Assembly: GCA_046291735.1 (NCBI GenBank)
Contig: JBKBSK010000008.1
Coordinates: 32,313 to 96,312 of the forward strand
Reading direction: 5' to 3'
DNA length: 64,000 nucleotides
Origin: Candidatus Thermochlorobacter sp.
GTDB taxonomy: Bacteria; Bacteroidota; Chlorobiia; Chlorobiales; Thermochlorobacteraceae
Both the position numbers and the translations under genes were made by a program. Below the pieces are notes generated by a model, which was given only the letters and a program-made list of their open reading frames with translations, was not told the DNA's origin and did no database searches. Shown in pieces: positions 33,157-42,708 of this stretch. Each line of letters begins with the position of its first letter. Positions within the stretch are counted from its first letter, which is position 1.

Positions 33157-33321
33157 TCAATTCATGCGAAAAGAATCGCGCAAGGCTTGTTCAGAGAGTT
33201 TTTTGAGCGAGAGGTATCGATGCGGTCGCACTTTGTATCGCAGATATTGATAGGCTGTAATACCCAGCGCCGCCACTGTCAGTACGCCCATTAGCCAAAG
33301 GAAAACAACTCCGATTAGCAT
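33157..33321 (-). CDS. 54-aa single-pass membrane ORF (below the ORF-track cutoff)
   Basis: Hand translation gives MLIGVVFLWLMGVLTVAALGITAYQYLRYKVRPHRYLSLKKLSEQALRDSFRMN. It begins 12 nt after the stop of the BchH-like gene, on the same strand, and has one hydrophobic helix and a basic tail. There is no homology evidence. Confidence 0.35.
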   Translation of the reverse strand: MLIGVVFLWLMGVLTVAALGITAYQYLRYKVRPHRYLSLKKLSEQALRDSFRMN

Positions 33322-33333
33322 ACTTACGAGCAA

Positions 33334-35754
33334 TTATACTTCAAGAGTATGTGTGATTGGTTTTTCCTCAATCACATATTGCCTAACAATACTTCGGCAA
33401 AACTCTTCAAGTCTTTCCTTTTTAAGTTGTGCATCTTTATCGCCTGCTTTTGCCCGCTGACTGAGCATCGCATATGGCTCTGTGCTCAAACATTCTGCCG
33501 CAAAATCCAGCAGTTTCAAGTCGCTCTGATTTTTCAAGGCTTCGGTAATGAGTTCAACCTGCGTGGCTTTATCGGGATTTTCACCCAGCGTATGCAGGTC
33601 GCCGCAAATTAAGCGGGTTTCCATTTCTTTGAGGTAGGCTGCAAGGTCGCTGGCATATTTTGCAAAATCATCGTTTGGCGGGACATCATCGTTCAAATTT
33701 AGCAGGTTAGCTTTTTGGACAATTGCCTCGCGCAGTTCGGGAAAATCTCTGCCATTTTCGAAGTCGCCCAGCAAATCGCGCAGGGCTTGAAACTCTTTGT
33801 ACAGTCCAGCGCGCGCATACGGTGGAATAGCATGTGAGATGATGGTTGCATAGCCTCGGCGTTTGGCAATGTTGGCTTCTGACGGATTGTTCATCGGGTA
33901 GATGTAGAACTGTGGCAATTCACCCAGCAAGATGTCTGACCAGCACTCTTGTGTCAGTCCAAGTTGCAATCCGGGCATCCACTCTGCCGTGCCGTGCATG
34001 CCAAAATGCACCAAGGCATCTGCTCCGAGCCCATTGACAAGCCACTTGTAGAACATGACGAATTGATGATGTGGCGTGTTCTCTTTATCGAAGAGCAGTC
34101 GCATCGGGTCGCCTTGAATAAAAAGTTGCGGTTGTGCACCGATGTAGAGGTTACCAAAGCGCAAGCCGCCGATAATGAATCGATCTTTGCCTGCCACAGC
34201 AATATCACCCGGGGCTTTACCCCAGCGCGCTTCAATGCGTTCTTGCTCATTCGGGGCAACCCATCTCGTATAGTCTTGCATTGTGGCGATTTCAGTTACC
34301 GTATCAGCTTCAATAGACTTTGCCAAATCTTGTGTGAGCTTATCAGGCTGCGCAGCATAACGCTCTAAAAAGTCGCCGGTGTTATAGCCCTGCCGATGCA
34401 GTTCGCGCACGAAATTGACCAAACTCTTTGGCACATTGAGCAGTGCCGCTGTGCCTAGTTTGCCTTGATTTGGTGGGTAGTTATAGAGCACTACTGCAAT
34501 TTTCTTTTCATCATTAGGCTTGTGCTTTAGCGCAATCCAACGCTTGACCAGCTTGCTTAGCCGCGTAAGACGCGACTTATCGAGTTTGAGCGTATTGTTT
34601 TCCAACGCACCTAAGACCACAGGACAAATTGAGCCATCCATTTCAGGCAGTGAATAGATAATCATCGCCTGAATCGGATTGACACCGTGCTGGCGCCAAC
34701 TTTCTTTGGTTTGCACATAAAGCGGCTGCGTTACAATGTAAGGCGTGTTCAGTCCCGACAAAATTTCTGATGCGGCAGGATGTGCAATACCCGTTTTAGT
34801 AGAGCCTGCTGGACCGCCCACCAAGGGGAAGCCAAACAAATTGATGAGCAATTCAATCCCGGCTTCTTTCATGAATGTGCGCACGGCAATATGCAATTCA
34901 ATACCCATGGCGTAGCAGGCATAGACACGCAGCCCTTGTGCCTCGAGTGCTGTGATAATTTCGCCCGCATAACTTTGTCCTGAGAGTATATGCTTGCGTG
35001 GCAAGAGCAGTCCCACCTTTGGCTTATTGCCCTTGTCGCGTCCTGTTTTCTTTTCCCATTTCAAGTAATGTTTGAGATCGGGGAAGAATTCTTTTGTGGC
35101 ATTGTAGTATTCGGGGTGATAAAATCCCATCGTCCCAATTTCTTTTGGTGCCTCGCTCTTTACAGGTAAGTGCAAGAGTTTTTCGGCAATGTAGAGCAGC
35201 ATATTGAGCACATTGTCTTCGCCGCTGTTCGACCAGTAGGTGCTGACCGTCATCCAAATTCTCGCATCGTGGATTTTTTCGCCGCCGAAGTGTTCGGGCA
35301 GAAAGCGCATCACTCGATTGGCAAGGCGCTGCATCTGCACATACCCATAGAAAGCATCCTCTTCTCTACCGCCGCCCAAAATTTTGCCTAGCGCTTTGAC
35401 AGGTTTGGGCATCTCACCCTTACCGCCTGAAAAGTGATAACTCCCCACTTTATTCATCATCATTAGCGGCGGGAGTGATTCAAAAGCAAAAATGAAACTC
35501 GGATTGTGTTTTTTGAGCATCTCTATCATGGCATTTGCGGCATCGTCTAAGACGATAAGTGCCGTGAAGACCACATCGCTCACACTTATTGCTGCTTCAA
35601 CTTTTTTTGGTCGCTCGACCACGTCGTTATCAAAAAACACATGCAAGCGTAATTGAGGACAGCGTGCGCGGATTTGTGATTTGATGTACTCAAATAGCTC
35701 GGCATTGTAACGCTCCATGCCAAGCACGAGGGTGATGTGCTTTTGTGCGTTCAT
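33334..35754 (-). CDS. magnesium-chelatase H subunit (BchH/ChlH)/CobN-like protein lacking the C-terminal ~450-550 aa
   Basis: It is collinear with ChlH through several segments: LPPLMMMNKVGSY, DARIWMTVSTYWSNSGEDNVLNMLLYI, FGFPLVGGPAG, VHFGMHGTAEWMPG, NNPSEANIAKRRGYATIISHAIPPYARAGLYKE and LKEMETRLICGDLHTLGE. The stop comes ~65 aa later, at residue 806. An AAGGAG RBS precedes the ATG. Confidence 0.8.
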   Translation of the reverse strand: MNAQKHITLVLGMERYNAELFEYIKSQIRARCPQLRLHVFFDNDVVERPKKVEAAISVSDVVFTALIVLDDAANAMIEMLKKHNPSFIFAFESLPPLMMMNKVGSYHFSGGKGEMPKPVKALGKILGGGREEDAFYGYVQMQRLANRVMRFLPEHFGGEKIHDARIWMTVSTYWSNSGEDNVLNMLLYIAEKLLHLPVKSEAPKEIGTMGFYHPEYYNATKEFFPDLKHYLKWEKKTGRDKGNKPKVGLLLPRKHILSGQSYAGEIITALEAQGLRVYACYAMGIELHIAVRTFMKEAGIELLINLFGFPLVGGPAGSTKTGIAHPAASEILSGLNTPYIVTQPLYVQTKESWRQHGVNPIQAMIIYSLPEMDGSICPVVLGALENNTLKLDKSRLTRLSKLVKRWIALKHKPNDEKKIAVVLYNYPPNQGKLGTAALLNVPKSLVNFVRELHRQGYNTGDFLERYAAQPDKLTQDLAKSIEADTVTEIATMQDYTRWVAPNEQERIEARWGKAPGDIAVAGKDRFIIGGLRFGNLYIGAQPQLFIQGDPMRLLFDKENTPHHQFVMFYKWLVNGLGADALVHFGMHGTAEWMPGLQLGLTQECWSDILLGELPQFYIYPMNNPSEANIAKRRGYATIISHAIPPYARAGLYKEFQALRDLLGDFENGRDFPELREAIVQKANLLNLNDDVPPNDDFAKYASDLAAYLKEMETRLICGDLHTLGENPDKATQVELITEALKNQSDLKLLDFAAECLSTEPYAMLSQRAKAGDKDAQLKKERLEEFCRSIVRQYVIEEKPITHTLEV

Positions 35755-35900
35755 ACTTACTTCTCCTTTACTTCAAATGTTCAGTGCAAGCTTGTGTTCA
35801 AGCCTTTCATTTTTTGAAAGATACACAAGCTCTTCTCATAATCCAATTAGGTGCAAAATAGAGAGCCGATAAAGATGTGGGGAAAACTTCAGGTGAGGCG

Positions 35901-37322
35901 TTAAATCTCAAGCAGGAGTTTACAAATCGTATCTTCTAGGGCTTTTGCATGTTTAGAGCGTCGACCTAATCCGTTTGCAATGATAGAAAAATATATCTCT
36001 TTACCGCTGCGACTCTTCAAGTATCCAGAGAGCGACACTACACCTGTAATTGACCCTGTCTTTGCGCGGATATTGTGTGCTAGCGCATGATTGATTCTGC
36101 CTGCAAGTGTGCCGTCGGTCATGGGAATGGCTAACGATTCGTAGTATTCATGAAAGGCTTTGCTATGCTCGCGCATGTAGCGCAGTGTCTCCACAATCAG
36201 ATGCGGCGTTACAAAATTCTCGTGCGACAGTCCTGAGCCATCCGTGAGTTTGTACTCTTTTGAGCTAACTTTGACTTCGTTTTTCAGGAACGCTTTTACA
36301 ACCTCAAGCCCTTTTTCGATTGAGCCTTCACCATAGCATTCACCGCCCAGCGTGCGCAGCAATTGGTCGGCATAGAAGTTATCCGAACTCTTATTTGTAG
36401 CTTTGAGCGCTTCAGCTAGCGATATCGAGTAGTGTGAGTAAAGATACTTCCATCTGGTTCTATCGATTTTTCGGCTATAAGAAATTTTCTCGACATGGGC
36501 ATCTTTGTGCATCATGCCTGCCTGTTGCAGTGCCGCCAGCAGCGTGTTTGCGCAATAGACATTCGGCTCAATTGTAACCATCTTCAAGCGACTTTTTCTG
36601 CGAAAGCCTCGACGCACCACACGCTTTCTGCCATCTTTAGTCTTTATGATGCGCACACGCGAGACCTTACTTAATTGCTGCTCGTTTGCGCGGCTAAAAT
36701 TGGCAACCGTAGCAAAGCGGATTTCTTCTGCACTGATAGGTTGATGCCGATTGCCGACATAATAACTATTGTCAAGAATCAGGTCGCCCTCGATTTTCAT
36801 AATGCCGTACTGGCGCAGCGTATCGACCCATGCCTTTACAATCTCGTTGATGGTTTTATCAAAGTATCCAGACAGCATCGGGTCTGTGCTGCCAATCAGG
36901 ACCAGATTACCATGCAGCACTCCATCTTTGAGTGTGCCATCAATGAAAAAGTCGGTGCGGTAGCGATAGTCTGCTCCAAGTTTTTCAATTGCGGCAGCCG
37001 ATGTGATGAGTTTAAGATTTGAAGCTGGCTTGAACAGTTGATTTTGTTGGTAGGCAAAAATGGTTTCATTATCTGTGGTTTGAATGCATACGCCCATGAT
37101 GCCGCGCTTGCGTGCTTGCAGAATTTGCTCAATTTTTTCGGCGCACTCCGCCATGCGCTCTGCTTGGCTTGTACTTGTAAGTTTCAGTGAAACAGCCGAT
37201 AAGACTTTTGGTCGTCGGCGTTTGTAGGCGTTGGCGTTTGCGGTCTCAACAAGGAGCGTGCAGAACAGCACAATGCTGGTCAGCACGTAAAGGTAGCGAG
37301 AAAGTTTAGTTTGTTGCCTCAT
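35901..37322 (-). CDS. D-alanyl-D-alanine carboxypeptidase/endopeptidase, PBP4 (peptidase S13) family, paralog 1
   Basis: It has SxxK (PASNLKL), SxN (SSDNFYADQLLRTLG) and KTG (AKTGSITGVVSLSGY), plus a signal/anchor. I placed the start at ATG 37322. Confidence 0.85.
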   Translation of the reverse strand: MRQQTKLSRYLYVLTSIVLFCTLLVETANANAYKRRRPKVLSAVSLKLTSTSQAERMAECAEKIEQILQARKRGIMGVCIQTTDNETIFAYQQNQLFKPASNLKLITSAAAIEKLGADYRYRTDFFIDGTLKDGVLHGNLVLIGSTDPMLSGYFDKTINEIVKAWVDTLRQYGIMKIEGDLILDNSYYVGNRHQPISAEEIRFATVANFSRANEQQLSKVSRVRIIKTKDGRKRVVRRGFRRKSRLKMVTIEPNVYCANTLLAALQQAGMMHKDAHVEKISYSRKIDRTRWKYLYSHYSISLAEALKATNKSSDNFYADQLLRTLGGECYGEGSIEKGLEVVKAFLKNEVKVSSKEYKLTDGSGLSHENFVTPHLIVETLRYMREHSKAFHEYYESLAIPMTDGTLAGRINHALAHNIRAKTGSITGVVSLSGYLKSRSGKEIYFSIIANGLGRRSKHAKALEDTICKLLLEI

Positions 37323-37507
37323 CTCTGTGTAAGCGGTTTTTTGGCACAACAACTTCTGGCGCTGCCGTGTTGCTGCTCTAGCAACGCTGTGTTCAGGTAC
37401 ACTTACTTCAAAGACTTGGCAAAGTTAGCACAATTCCCCCTTTTTGCAAGCAAAATTGCGGTAATTTTTTGAACTAAAACGTCTTAAGTGCTTCGGCTTC
37501 ACAGCGT

Positions 37508-38146
37508 TTAGTATTCAGCTAAAATGGTTTCGCCAGCCGTTACGCGCTCACCTTCTCTGACGCAGAGTTTGACTTCGGGGGGCATAAACACATCAACGCG
37601 AGAGCCAAATTTAATCATCCCAAAGCGCGCACCAATTTGCACTGTGTCGTTTGGTTCAAGCTCACAAATGATGCGGCGCGCCACATAGCCTGAAATTTGT
37701 TTGAAGAAAACCTTGATATGCGCATTTTCAATCCCAATTTCCGTACGCTCATTGCGCTCACCTGACTGATGATCGAATGCAGCGATGTATTCTCCTTCAA
37801 TATGCCGCAGATGCACCACCTTACCCGAAATCGGATTGCGATTGACATGCACATTGATAGGCGACATAAAAATACTGACTAATTTTGCGGCGCCATTGAA
37901 AAAGGGGTGCTCTGTGTCTTTAATCAGCACAATTTTCCCATCGGCAGGCGAGAGAATGACGCGCTCGGTTCTGGGCGGCGTGCGTTCTGGGTCACGAAAA
38001 AATTGCAATGTGAAGACCATCAGAAAAATCCCTAAGCCTGCTGAGAGCGTGGCAAGCACCAGTGGCAAAGCAAAGGCAAGTGCAAGCAGCACAAGCGATA
38101 GGGCACCGACTTTTGCAAGTGTGGCGTATCCGTATTTTGTAATCAT
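37508..38146 (-). CDS. psd: phosphatidylserine decarboxylase proenzyme (short type)
   Basis: It has two N-terminal TM helices, [16 protein letters not shown] and a C-terminal KFGSRVDVF (G-S self-cleavage site). I placed the start at ATG 38146. Confidence 0.88.
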   Translation of the reverse strand: MITKYGYATLAKVGALSLVLLALAFALPLVLATLSAGLGIFLMVFTLQFFRDPERTPPRTERVILSPADGKIVLIKDTEHPFFNGAAKLVSIFMSPINVHVNRNPISGKVVHLRHIEGEYIAAFDHQSGERNERTEIGIENAHIKVFFKQISGYVARRIICELEPNDTVQIGARFGMIKFGSRVDVFMPPEVKLCVREGERVTAGETILAEY

Positions 38147-38192
38147 TGTGCAAAAAATTTGGCGCAAAACTAATTAGAAATCGTTTGAATGC

Positions 38193-39182
38193 ATGCATGC
38201 CTTTGAAAAGAAATTTTTGGAGCATTGTCAAACCCGCAAATTTTTTCAGAAAGGTGAGCGCGTCTTAGTTGCCTTTTCAGGTGGCGCTGATTCCACAGCG
38301 CTGCTTCATCTGCTTGCTGCAGTGCGTTTTATTCTAAAAATCGAAATTGCAGCAGCACACTGCAATTTTCAACTGCGTGCACGCGCTAGCTTAGGCGATG
38401 AACGCTTCTGCCAACAGACCTGCAGCTTGCTGGGCATCACACTCTTCACAGAACGATTCGACACCAAAGACATTGCAAAAACTAAAAAACTATCGCTCGA
38501 AGAAACCGCCCGTCACTTGCGTTACGACTTTTTTGCGCGCCTTATGCAAATTCATCAGTTCGACAAACTCGTTACGGCACACCATGCTGGAGATAATGCT
38601 GAAACCGTGCTTTTCAACTTCTTTCGTGGCGCCTCACTGCTGGGCTTATCGGGCATTCCTGAACGGCGAGAGTATATTCTTCGTCCACTCTTGAATTTTG
38701 AGCGTGATGATATTCTTGCCTACCTCAACGATAAACATCTTTCATACCGCACCGATCATACCAATTTCGAGCTATGCTTCGACCGTAATTTCATTCGCCA
38801 CAAAGTCATTCCGCTCATTGAAGAACGCTTTGAGCATAAGCTTGTGCCTAGTCTGTTGCGTTTTTCGAAGCATGTGACAGAGCTTTCGGAGTTTGTCGAA
38901 GGGCATATTCAAAAATTGATGCGAAAGAGAGGTTTATCGTTTAAGCATCATGCGTTTGAGGTTCGTGCTCTGAAGGCTTTGACCAAATTTGAGCAAAAAG
39001 AGATTTTTAAGCGCGCTTTGCAATGCTGTGGTGTTGCACCGTCTGCACAATTATTAGACCGTCTGGCTGGGCTACTTGAAAGACAATCGGGCAGAAAAAT
39101 TGTAGTCAGTGCGCACCTTGAAGTCATCTGGAAAGGTGATAAAATTTTTTTCTCACAAAAAGCACCTACCCTAAAAGCCTAA
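38193..39182 (+). CDS. tilS: tRNA(Ile)-lysidine synthetase
   Basis: It has the PP-loop VLVAFSGGADSTALLHLL and TAHHAGDNAETVLFN. It is divergent from psd across a 46-bp spacer. Confidence 0.88.
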   Translation: MHAFEKKFLEHCQTRKFFQKGERVLVAFSGGADSTALLHLLAAVRFILKIEIAAAHCNFQLRARASLGDERFCQQTCSLLGITLFTERFDTKDIAKTKKLSLEETARHLRYDFFARLMQIHQFDKLVTAHHAGDNAETVLFNFFRGASLLGLSGIPERREYILRPLLNFERDDILAYLNDKHLSYRTDHTNFELCFDRNFIRHKVIPLIEERFEHKLVPSLLRFSKHVTELSEFVEGHIQKLMRKRGLSFKHHAFEVRALKALTKFEQKEIFKRALQCCGVAPSAQLLDRLAGLLERQSGRKIVVSAHLEVIWKGDKIFFSQKAPTLKA

Positions 39183-39206
39183 CGGCATCAGTGTTTTGCT
39201 TGGGGC

Positions 39207-40445
39207 TTAAAATCGGCTAAGGTCGCGCCCGAATAGGCGAGATTTAATCCAATCGAAGAGCACTTGCATTTTGTTTTTGATGCTGACAAGTTTTGTCAGA
39301 TAGGCGGCGCGCCAAAATAGCCATGTCAAAAATCCTTTCCATTTTACATTTGGCAAATCTGCAAGCGCTTTGTCATCACCGATGTACGCCAGCATTCCGA
39401 AGTCTTGACGCTCAAACGGTGCGATACTTTTTTCAGCTTCACTTGGTGACGGTGCACGATTGAGGAGTTTTGCAAGGTATTTTCCTGCTTGCATAGCCAC
39501 CTGCGCTGTGGCTGGTTGTGAGTAGCCTTCAATTGTAGCGCAATCGCCGAGCGCAAAGATGTTTGTCTGCCCCAGTACACGCAAATATCGGTCAGTTAGA
39601 ATCCGTCCCGCCCGATCTTTCTGAAAGGGCAAGGCTTTCACGAAAGGCGTGGGACCGTTGCCTGTCGACCAAACAATTAGCCCTGTTTCGAGCACTTCAC
39701 CTGTGGCTAAGTGCACTCTGCCGGCTTCAACTTTTTTTACAGGTGTATTCAGTATGGATTTGATGCGTCGACGCTGGAAGACTTTCAAAGTGTAGCTTGC
39801 AAGGCTTTCATCAAATGAGCTCAAAATTTGCTTACCTGCTTCGACCAGTGTGATGCGTGCATCTTGAACAAGGTTTGGGAAATACATTTTGACTTCATCG
39901 TCAAAAAAGTCAGCAAGTTCTGCTGCATATTCCACGCCTGTTGGTCCACCGCCGACCACAACGAAATGCAGCAATCGCTTGCGCTCCGCCTCACTTACCG
40001 TCGGTAGCGAAGCCTGCTCGAGATTGTCAATAACTTTCTGGCGAATCAATCGCGCATCAGAGAGTTCCTTGAGAAACAGTGCGTGCTGCATTACACCTTC
40101 AATACCAAAGGTATTACTAGCTGCCCCAACGGCAATGACCAGCACATCGTAATAGATGTCAAATTCTTTGCCGCTGAACAGGTCTTTGCAACATATCGCC
40201 TTCCGTAATGGGTCGAGTGCAAATGCTGATGCCTGCATAAATGTGGCGCCTTTTGCAGCTAGGCGAATGGGCTCAGCGATGCTCAAAAACTCAATTGTAC
40301 CGACCGTTGTGCTCGGCAAAAGTGGCGTAAAAAGAAAATGATTGCGTGGGCTAATGACAGTAGTGGCATAGCGACTTGGCGAAAGGTCTTTGAGCAAACT
40401 CAATGCGCCGAATCCCGTTCCAAGCACAACAAGTCGTGGTTTCAT
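39207..40445 (-). CDS. ndh: type II NADH:quinone oxidoreductase (NDH-2)
   Basis: It has two dinucleotide folds, LVVLGTGFGALS and FVVVGGGPTGVEYAAELADF, plus IFALGDCA. Confidence 0.85.
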   Translation of the reverse strand: MKPRLVVLGTGFGALSLLKDLSPSRYATTVISPRNHFLFTPLLPSTTVGTIEFLSIAEPIRLAAKGATFMQASAFALDPLRKAICCKDLFSGKEFDIYYDVLVIAVGAASNTFGIEGVMQHALFLKELSDARLIRQKVIDNLEQASLPTVSEAERKRLLHFVVVGGGPTGVEYAAELADFFDDEVKMYFPNLVQDARITLVEAGKQILSSFDESLASYTLKVFQRRRIKSILNTPVKKVEAGRVHLATGEVLETGLIVWSTGNGPTPFVKALPFQKDRAGRILTDRYLRVLGQTNIFALGDCATIEGYSQPATAQVAMQAGKYLAKLLNRAPSPSEAEKSIAPFERQDFGMLAYIGDDKALADLPNVKWKGFLTWLFWRAAYLTKLVSIKNKMQVLFDWIKSRLFGRDLSRF

Positions 40446-40591
40446 TAGACAATGTCGTTTAGAAAATGTCGTCTAAAGTGATAAAACACTCTGGCACATG
40501 AAAACATTCATAAAATGCAGTGTGCGCTGTATGGGAAAGATTTACCAAATTGTATCTTTGTGTTTTCGCTATTAAAAACTTTCATAGAACT

Positions 40592-42019
40592 ATGTCAGAC
40601 TTTCGGTTGTCTACGCTCAACATCGTTGCTGGCTCACGCGAAGTTGCGCCTGATGGGCAAGAGACTTTTGCGGCGGTCTCCAAGCGCGCAGCACATGGTG
40701 GCACAAAAGGTAAAGTCTACATTGAAACCTATGGCTGCCAGATGAATTTTTCTGATTCGGAAATTGTCGCCTCTGTGCTCTATCAAGAGGGCTATAGCAC
40801 CACCGACCGCATGGAAGAAGCCGATGTTATTTTTCTCAACACCTGTGCGATTCGTGAGCATGCCGAGCTTAAAATTCATCATCGGCTTAATGCGCTTAAG
40901 CCCTACAAGCGGCGTAATCCGAAGTTGGTTATTGGCGTTCTCGGCTGCATGGCAGAGCGATTGAAAACCAAACTCTTTGAGGAAGAAAAAATCGTCGATC
41001 TTATTGCAGGTCCAGACGCTTACCGCTCGATTCCACAGCTACTTGCGCTTGCTGAAACAGGGCAAAAAGCTGCTAATGTTTTTCTTTCGCTTGAAGAAAC
41101 ATATGCCGATATTACGCCAGTGCGCCGTGAAGGTATCAGTGCCTTCGTCTCCATTATGCGCGGCTGCGATAACATGTGTTCGTTCTGTGTGGTGCCTTTT
41201 ACGCGCGGTCGTGAACGATCTCGACCTGTAGCATCAATTCTAAACGAAATCCAACAACTCTCTGATGAGGGCTTCAAAGAAGTTACCTTGCTCGGTCAAA
41301 ATGTGAATTCTTACTACGATGCAGATAGCGGTGTTAATTTTGCAGAACTGATGTATCGCGTTAGCCTTATCAATAGCGCCATGCGCATTCGCTTTACGAC
41401 CTCGCACCCGAAAGACATTTCTGAAGAACTTATCCATGTCATGAAAGAACGTCCAAATCTGTGCAAGTTCATTCACTTGCCTGTTCAGTCTGGCGCTACA
41501 AGTGTGCTTCGGCGCATGAACCGCAATCACACGCGTGAAGACTATCTCAAAAAAATTGAGATGATTCGTACCCAAATACCAGAGTGCTCACTTTCAACGG
41601 ATATTATCACTGGCTTTTGTGGCGAAACTGAAGCCGAGCATCAAGAGACACTTTCGCTTCTCAATGAAGTGCGCTACGATTACGCTTTTACCTTCATTTA
41701 CTCTGAGCGACCCAATACGCCTGCTGCCAAAAAAATGGCAGACGATGTGCCGATAGAAATCAAACAGCGTCGCCTTGCTGAAATTATTCAACTGCAACAG
41801 CACATTTCGCTTGAGCTCTATCAGCAATCTATTGGTAAGACTTATGATGTTTTGATTGAGGGCGAGAGCAAACGCTCACATGAGCACTGGATGGGACGCA
41901 CGGATACAAATCGCGTGGTCGTCTTTCCCCAAACAACAGAATCTGTTGGAGATGTAGTTCCAGTTAAAATTACCGGTGCAACTTCTGCTACACTCTTTGG
42001 CGAGCGTGTGGTGATTTGA
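40592..42019 (+). CDS. miaB: tRNA-i6A37 methylthiotransferase
   Basis: The N-domain shows KVYIETYGCQMNFSDSE. The radical-SAM cluster is GCDNMCSFCVVPFTRGRERSR. A C-terminal TRAM domain is present (YDVLIEGESKR...VKITGAT). I placed the start at ATG 40592. Confidence 0.9.
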   Translation: MSDFRLSTLNIVAGSREVAPDGQETFAAVSKRAAHGGTKGKVYIETYGCQMNFSDSEIVASVLYQEGYSTTDRMEEADVIFLNTCAIREHAELKIHHRLNALKPYKRRNPKLVIGVLGCMAERLKTKLFEEEKIVDLIAGPDAYRSIPQLLALAETGQKAANVFLSLEETYADITPVRREGISAFVSIMRGCDNMCSFCVVPFTRGRERSRPVASILNEIQQLSDEGFKEVTLLGQNVNSYYDADSGVNFAELMYRVSLINSAMRIRFTTSHPKDISEELIHVMKERPNLCKFIHLPVQSGATSVLRRMNRNHTREDYLKKIEMIRTQIPECSLSTDIITGFCGETEAEHQETLSLLNEVRYDYAFTFIYSERPNTPAAKKMADDVPIEIKQRRLAEIIQLQQHISLELYQQSIGKTYDVLIEGESKRSHEHWMGRTDTNRVVVFPQTTESVGDVVPVKITGATSATLFGERVVI

Positions 42020-42318
42020 TGCATCTTCTTTGCGCCTACTCGGTCAGTTGGCAAATCTCACGCTTTGTGATAACAATCACGTCGCTATAAAACCTTTCAC
42101 TGCATTTTGCGTTCAGACAGTTGTAGTCGTTCATCTCTTACAATAGGGTAGTAAAGTTCGTTCATAAGTTTCCGCCTGAGTTTTGATAGGTTGAGTCGCT
42201 GGGGCAGCAGCAGCGATTCCCGAGAAAATTCAGGCGGTTTTGTTTTTTGTTTTGCTATTTTTGTGCAACGGATTTGCAGTTGCAGTTTCTTAAAACACCC
42301 TTTCTTAGAAGTTTCCCT

Positions 42319-42708
42319 ATGGACCAAGACAAGCCATCCAACGCGCGGAAGATTGAGCATACGCTCACCCGACGCGACCTTGTTGCCGCTGTAGCACGGC
42401 GACTTCAAAAATCTGAATCCGAAGTGGCAGATGTTGTTGATGCTACCTTAGATTCGCTCTCTAAACTTATTCGCAGCGCTAATCCTGAGATTCGTATAGA
42501 GTTGCGCGGTTTAGGCGTCTTTGAAGTCAAGTACATGAAACCTTCTGCTACAATTAGAGACCCGCGCACAGGTAAACTGGTGGAGTATTCAGGACGGCGG
42601 CGCAAGGTGCATTTCAAACCCAGTAAGCTGATTAAGCGCTCTCTTCAAAAAAACGCACCTACGACTTATTTGCATGACAACAATCAAAAAACGGATTCTG
42701 GCAATTGA
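42319..42708 (+). CDS. HU/IHF-family DNA-binding protein with N- and C-terminal extensions
   Basis: The HU fold pattern is LTRRDLVAAVARRL..SESEVADVVDATLDSLSKLI...IELRGLGVFEVK....ATIRDPRTGKLVEYSGRRRKVHFKPSKLI. I placed the start at ATG 42319. It overlaps the ruvX start by 35 nt. Confidence 0.7.
   Translation: MDQDKPSNARKIEHTLTRRDLVAAVARRLQKSESEVADVVDATLDSLSKLIRSANPEIRIELRGLGVFEVKYMKPSATIRDPRTGKLVEYSGRRRKVHFKPSKLIKRSLQKNAPTTYLHDNNQKTDSGN

Noticed and set aside
35755-35900. A possible cobalamin riboswitch in front of the CobN/BchH-like gene.
   Set aside because: The leader is only ~145 nt. It contains one short nested hairpin and nothing resembling the conserved B12-box or the multi-helix riboswitch core.
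42097-42408. A 103-aa minus-strand ORF between miaB and the HU-like gene.
   Set aside because: It overlaps the 5' end of the HU/IHF-like gene on the opposite strand. It has a basic low-complexity composition and no motif support.
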